Source: Gemmatales bacterium (GTDB lineage: Bacteria > Planctomycetota > Planctomycetia > Gemmatales > HRBIN36). Taken from it: a DNA stretch of 64,000 bases. The position numbers and the translations under genes were made by a program. The DNA lies in assembly GCA_047602475.1 (NCBI GenBank), contig JASGHE010000005.1, positions 59,684 to 123,683 on the forward strand, read 5' to 3'. The notes under the pieces were generated by a model. It saw nothing but the letters and a program-made list of their open reading frames with translations, made no database searches and was not told the origin of the DNA. Shown here one piece after another: positions 59,265-64,000 of the stretch (the first letter of the stretch is position 1; each line of letters starts with the position of its first letter).

Positions 59265-60645
59265 TTAATATTCCCGCCCCTTCTTGCGACCCGGTTCCGG
59301 CCAGGGGTAGTTGCCCTTGTCATCCGAAACGACAGGAGGCTTGGAATCGAGCGTCATGGTATCCACATGGGGAGCAAACGATTCCTCGTGCTTCATGTAG
59401 TCGTCCATCGTCACCACGCTGGCGGTGTGCGAAGCATATCGGCCCATCGCCGTCACCAGGCTAGCCATGGCACCGCAGCTTGGCTTCGTTAAAGGGCTTG
59501 TCCTCACGAATGGCGTTGATGAGATCATCCCATTCGAGCTGGTAAGGATCAGGTTCCTTTTGAGCACACTTCCAGGCGATGTTGTCATTACTCATGACCT
59601 GGTTCTTGTAGATCTTGCATCGGGCTGGTGAGTGCCCGGAGAACGAGATCGTCGCCGCAGCCTTGGTGCCATGAGCATAGCTGGCGAACTCCGAGTGAGC
59701 ACCCTTCATCGTGCGGCCTTCCAGCATCAGCTTCGTGCCGTCAGCGAAGGTGTATTCCACGGCATAGGTGTCGAAGTTCTGATCGACACAATCGTCGCGG
59801 AAATGCCTGCCGCCGGCCCCGGAAGCCTTCACAGGCCAGGCACCCTTCATCCAACAGCATTCATCGATGTTGTGAATGAGGAAGTCGCTGAACCCACCGC
59901 CGCTGGCCCACAGGAACCCGTGGAAGTTGCGGATCTGGTATTCAATCTCGTTCATGTCCTTAGGCTTGCGCTTGGCGTCGGCATTGCCGGTAGGCCCCGC
60001 CATGCGATAGGCACGCATGAGCTGGATGTCACCAATCTCGCCCTTGTTGATGCGGTCCAACAGCTCCTTGCGCATGTGGCAGTGGCGGCACATCAGGCCG
60101 ACACCAACCTTCATGCCGGCCTTCTCCGATTGCTCGGCCAGCTCGATCATCTTCCGGGAGCTGGGGCTATCTACTGCCACCGGCTTCTCCATGAAGACGT
60201 TCAACTTCTTCTTGATGGCATACTGGAAGAACGGCCAGCGGAACGCCGGAGGCGTGGCGAAGATCACCACATCGCCGGGCTTCAAGGCATCCATGGCGTT
60301 CTTGTAAGCATCGAAGCCGACGAACTTCTGATCGTCCTTCACCTGTAGACGCTCTTCTTCGGTAACTCGCTTTTTGAGATTATCGTAGCTGCCGGTGAGG
60401 CGGTCTTTGAAGGCATCAGCCATGGTCGTCAAGCGGATGGGACCTGACTTGGTGCTGAGGGCGTTGATGGCCGCCCCGGTACCTCGACCACCGCAGCCAA
60501 TGAGGGCCACATCAATGGTGTTATTCTCACCCGCATGCACCGAGGGGATGCTCACTCCGGCCAAGGCCGATGCTGCGACAATCCCGGTGGTACTCTTGAT
60601 GATGTCACGGCGAGTGGGTGACGACGTTCGATCTGCCACAATCAC
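59265..60645 (-). pseudogene. Gfo/Idh/MocA family oxidoreductase with Tat signal, one frameshift (~59477)
   Basis: RRDIIKSTTGIVAASALAGVSIPSVHA leader and VALIGCGGRG Rossmann motif. EDKPFNEAK|CGAMASLVTAMGRYASHTASVVTMDDYMKHEE joins 60645-59461 to 59588-59265. Confidence 0.85.
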
Positions 60646-60785
60646 GCTCCTGGTAGGAGGAAAGGAAGGTAGGATATTCAGGCGGGAGTCTTACGACCCT
60701 ATTGTATGTACGAAGATACTCGGTCGCTTGGCAGGATGCGAGCACAAAGTTGCAATGAGAAATGGATTATAGACTTGCTGTTAGT

Positions 60786-60874
60786 TTCTCTCCCCCTTTC
60801 CAAGGGGGAGTTGGAGGGGGTAATCATTCGGAGACTCTCAACCCCACCCAACCTCCCCTTGGTAAGGGGAGGAG
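60786..60874 (+). repeat. Repeat family E, copy E1 (double-hairpin element)
   Basis: TTCTCTCCCCCTTTCCAAGGGGGAGTTGGAGGGGGTAA...AACCCCACCCAACCTCCCCTTGGTAAGGGGAGGAG. It ends 7 nt from the lptB stop. Confidence 0.85.
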
Positions 60875-60880
60875 TCAAAC

Positions 60881-61990
60881 CTACCCTGCACGTCTCAAAG
60901 CCCGATCCCGCAGACGGTCGATTTGCGACCGTCGCTGGGCTTCCGGGGCATAGGCATCAAAATCACCGGCGTTCGGCTCGATCTGGGCAAACAAATGGAA
61001 TGCCATGCGGCGCAGCTCCAAATCACGTCGTTCCATGGCTTCCAGCAGATGCGATAGAGCAGGGCGGCCTATCGAGAGTAGCTCATTCTCAGCCGCTACC
61101 TTCTCCGGCCCCTTGAGCTGTTCAATGAGTTCAAAGATACGCTCATGATTGAGTACCGAATCGATATTCTGCTTGGCGACCGACCGATTCATCGGCAGAA
61201 TCTGCGGCATCATATCCGTAGAAGCCGGACGTTGCTGATGATCTTCCACGAAGTTCTGACCGAGGTACCGGGCGATCACTGTCTGATTCTTCACGATCTC
61301 ATCCGGCGTACCCTGCGCAACCACCTGCCCATCGGTAATGACATACGACCGATCGGTAATACGGAGCGTCTCGCGCACATTATGGTCGGTAATCAGAATC
61401 GAGATGCCGCGCTTGCACAGGTTGCGGACGATCACCTGGATTTCACTGATCGTGATCGGATCGATACCTGTGAATGGTTCATCGAGAAGAATCAGCAGCG
61501 GTTCGGTAGCCAGGCAGCGGGCAATTTCCAGTCTACGCTTCTCACCACCGGAGAGTGTCTGGGCGACGCTGGCCTTCAATCTCAGCAGACCAAACTCTTC
61601 CAGCTTGGCATGGGCAATCTCGCGCCGTTGTTCAGCGCTGGGCTTGCGGCCTTGTAGTGAACGCAGGCCCGGCATCGCTTCAAGGATGGCGAGGATGTTC
61701 TGTTCAACAGTCAATTTGCGGAAGATGCTCGATTCCTGTGAGAGATACCCCAAACCCAGTCTAGCCCTCTGATACATCGGCCAGTTGGTCACTTCCTTCT
61801 CGGCGAACTGAACCCGGCCTCGATCCGGCTTCACCATTCCCGTCGTCATGCGGAAACTGGTCGTCTTGCCGGCACCGTTGGGCCCCAGCAGTCCCACGAC
61901 CTCGCCCTGATTCACAAAGAAGCCGACCCCGTTGACCACCTTGCGGCGGCCATAGGTCTTTTCCAATCCTTCAACAGTCAAGAGCGACAT
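60881..61990 (-). CDS. lptB: LPS export ABC transporter ATP-binding protein LptB with ~120-aa C-terminal extension
   Basis: GPNGAGKTT (Walker A), LSGGEKRRLEIARCL (signature), LLILLDEPFTGID (Walker B), ITDHN (H-loop). The canonical LptB end YLGQNF is at aa ~248, but the ORF continues to aa 369. Confidence 0.9.
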   Translation of the reverse strand: MSLLTVEGLEKTYGRRKVVNGVGFFVNQGEVVGLLGPNGAGKTTSFRMTTGMVKPDRGRVQFAEKEVTNWPMYQRARLGLGYLSQESSIFRKLTVEQNILAILEAMPGLRSLQGRKPSAEQRREIAHAKLEEFGLLRLKASVAQTLSGGEKRRLEIARCLATEPLLILLDEPFTGIDPITISEIQVIVRNLCKRGISILITDHNVRETLRITDRSYVITDGQVVAQGTPDEIVKNQTVIARYLGQNFVEDHQQRPASTDMMPQILPMNRSVAKQNIDSVLNHERIFELIEQLKGPEKVAAENELLSIGRPALSHLLEAMERRDLELRRMAFHLFAQIEPNAGDFDAYAPEAQRRSQIDRLRDRALRRAG

Positions 61991-62163
61991 AGTGCGGGTC
62001 CTGAGGTTCTCTGTTGTCCATCACACGGCGTTGCGTCTCATCACTTGGGCGGGCGCATTCACAATGGTTCCCATCCACAGGAACGATGCAGAGTTAGCTG
62101 CACAATCCTTATCTTTGCTCTTGTTCTTGCCTTCGTTGAGCTTGGCTTCATCCTGCTTTCGGA

Positions 62164-63534
62164 TCAGAGGCGCACCTCTTCTGGAAGCTCAGGCATAGGG
62201 GGCGTTTCGACCCGGAAGTTGCCGCCATTGACGATCTTCATCTGCTGAGGCACACCATCTTTGGGCGGAGCCACAGGATCGACCTGCCCGAGGCGCTTGG
62301 CATACTCTCTATACTCAGGAGAGTTTCTGAGTTCGATTTGAGTGCGCGGCGGTGATGGCGGCGACTCCTGTTTCGATGAAGGCGGAGGAGTTCCATTCTG
62401 CGCCTTGCCGGAAACTCCGGGAATGACTGGTAAACCACCAGAGGATGAAGCGGGAGGAGCGTTAGTTCCCATGGCTGCTTCATTCCCTGGAGCAGGAGGA
62501 GGAGATACGCCGCCCGTTTGCTGAACGGCAGCCCCAGACATGCCGGGGATGACCGGCAACTTGCTTCCCGATTCGGTGGCTGCTTGCTTCGTTACTGCAG
62601 GAGTTCCGGCGGGTGCCGTACCACTCGCAAACTGATCAGATGACTTTCTGCTGTTGTTCTGAGCTTCCAGTGCCTGTTGCTGGCAGGCATCGAGCTTGCC
62701 GGAAACATACCACGCCCATTGCCGCAGCGCTGCCTGCTGTTCTGTGGTAACCGGCCAGGTTTTGACGTTGGCATGAGGCTGCCCCGCCTTTTTCAGCAGT
62801 TCACTGGCATCGGGATTCTGCTTATCGACTAACGCCAGAACTCTTTCGAGATTGGTTCGCGTCATCATGCCGGAAGGCTGCACACCGGCCAGCCCCTTTT
62901 TCAACACAAAGGCCCGCTTGCCTTCTGCCACGCCGTGACACGCCCCGGTGCCGCAACCCACACTCAGCATTGGCTGAATGCGCTGGGTATAATCCTGCAT
63001 CATGGGAGGCGACTTGGCGATAGGCCACTCTTCCAGCGAAACCGGCGTAATGGAGGGCACCGTTGACATGGGCAATGCCGGTACGTCTTGAGCCGCTTTC
63101 ACAGGAATATTTTGCTTGGCGACCCACTGCTTCTGTAGCGTTTTCGCTTCAACGCTCTGACGATCCAGCTTAAGAGCTGCTTCAATCTCCAGCTTCGCCT
63201 CAGCCATCAGGTCATACTTCAGACAAAGCGATGCCAGTCGGCAACGATCATTCACCTCGTCTGGAACGATGCTGCGCTTGAAGAGTTCGTAGACCTCACG
63301 AGGCGTGGCACAAACCTTGGCTACCATCTTGACAGGGTAGCGGGATTCGCCGCTGCTGGAGACACTGCGCAGCACCCACGTCTCGCCCTCCTGGGTCACT
63401 CTACCAGTGAGCACTGCCCCGTTCTTGAGCACCAGGTAATCAACGGGGGCAGGCGACTGTGCCGGGACGTGCGAAAGCAACGTCAGGCAGATGCCCCAAG
63501 CCATCCCTAGCTTCATAAGGTATCCCATGACCAC
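62164..63534 (-). CDS. Secreted hypothetical protein (helical N-half, Pro/Ser-rich C-half)
   Basis: 456 aa. The likely start is the internal MKLGMAWGICLTLLSHVPAQ (ATG 63516). It contains SVGCGTGACHG and long P/S/A-rich segments. Lies upstream of, and on the same strand as, lptB. Confidence 0.6.
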   Translation of the reverse strand: MVMGYLMKLGMAWGICLTLLSHVPAQSPAPVDYLVLKNGAVLTGRVTQEGETWVLRSVSSSGESRYPVKMVAKVCATPREVYELFKRSIVPDEVNDRCRLASLCLKYDLMAEAKLEIEAALKLDRQSVEAKTLQKQWVAKQNIPVKAAQDVPALPMSTVPSITPVSLEEWPIAKSPPMMQDYTQRIQPMLSVGCGTGACHGVAEGKRAFVLKKGLAGVQPSGMMTRTNLERVLALVDKQNPDASELLKKAGQPHANVKTWPVTTEQQAALRQWAWYVSGKLDACQQQALEAQNNSRKSSDQFASGTAPAGTPAVTKQAATESGSKLPVIPGMSGAAVQQTGGVSPPPAPGNEAAMGTNAPPASSSGGLPVIPGVSGKAQNGTPPPSSKQESPPSPPRTQIELRNSPEYREYAKRLGQVDPVAPPKDGVPQQMKIVNGGNFRVETPPMPELPEEVRL

Positions 63535-63598
63535 GCACTATAACGGCGTCTCAAAATCGGTCAAGATCGATACGGAAAATGGTAGCGGAGCATTTCCA

Positions 63599-63686
63599 TT
63601 CTCTCCCCCTTTCCAAGGGGGAGTTGGAGGGGGTAACTTCTGCGTGATATTAACCCCACCCAACCTCCCCTTGGTAAGGGGAGGAG
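63599..63686 (+). repeat. Repeat family E, copy E2
   Basis: Same orientation as E1: TTCTCTCCCCCTTTCCAAGGGGGAGTTGGAGGGGGTAA...AACCCCACCCAACCTCCCCTTGGTAAGGGGAGGAG. Confidence 0.85.
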
Positions 63687-63701
63687 CAAACTGACCCACT
63701 A

Positions 63702-63741
63702 TCGAAAATGTAAAGCGGAGGGCCAAAGCCCTCCGCTTTAC
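63702..63741 (-). terminator. Rho-independent terminator of the partial gene at the window end
   Basis: Perfect 14-bp stem GTAAAGCGGAGGGC-CAAA-GCCCTCCGCTTTAC, followed on the minus strand by ATTTTCG. Confidence 0.6.
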
Positions 63742-63764
63742 ATGATTACTCTTGCTCTCACTGC

Positions 63765-64000
63765 TTAGCGACCCTTGCCCTTACGCAGACTTCGCGCGTG
63801 GAAGTCCGTGCTGTCGGCCCCCTCGAAGTACATGTCAGCGAGGTTGTGAGCCAGGTTGGCCGCAGCAGATTGGGCAGCAGCCTTAGCAGCCGCAGTGGCT
63901 GCCGGCTTCAAGTTCTGGCTCGGATCGAAGTTACCGACGACAGGCAGAGCCTTGGCTGAGCCATAGGTAGCGGCAACATCATTACCGAACCCGGTAGCGG
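63765..64000 (-). CDS. Hypothetical protein, C-terminal fragment (gene continues beyond the window)
   Basis: The minus-strand frame is open from the window edge to the stop TAA (63767-63765): ...GNFDPSQNLKPAATAAAKAAAQSAAANLAHNLADMYFEGADSTDFHARSLRKGKGR. Followed by a strong terminator. No family recognised. Confidence 0.4.
   Translation of the reverse strand, partial: ATGFGNDVAATYGSAKALPVVGNFDPSQNLKPAATAAAKAAAQSAAANLAHNLADMYFEGADSTDFHARSLRKGKGR

Overview
Gene-dense chromosomal window with about 55 protein genes and one RNA gene. The repertoire looks planctomycete-like: DUF1501, Tat-signal Gfo/Idh/MocA oxidoreductases, S46 and S9 peptidases, a WD40 protein with a DAYGDxLPxGA leader, and BlaI/BlaR1 plus ECF regulators. 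That taxonomic call is inference only. Housekeeping anchors are leuS, ndk, infA, lptB, rlmI, a gluQ-like gene, mgtE, lhr and RNase P RNA (rnpB, invisible to an ORF track). I found no transposase, integrase, phage module, CRISPR array, tRNA, or recognisable defence or biosynthetic cluster, so I cannot point to a discrete novel multi-gene system. Three things stand out. (1) There are at least eight families of short palindromic repeats. One is REP/REPIN-like, with GTAG heads whose TAG serves as the stop codon of flanking genes. Another is a hairpin plus G-run element found after stop codons and also read in frame inside leuS and lhr. (2) There are about 17 reading-frame breaks in 11 otherwise well-conserved genes, and 12 of them fall in three patches of 2-3 kb. 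This points to either local assembly indel errors or real gene decay, and must be resolved before any pseudogene is believed. (3) There are several gene-level oddities: a copper amine oxidase apparently split into two secreted proteins with NYRY in place of NY(D/E)Y, tandem retropepsin-PDZ paralogs, tandem small membrane-protein paralogs, LptB with a HEAT-like C-terminal extension, and MgtE with a long inserted loop. All family names come from motif recognition by eye; no searches were run.
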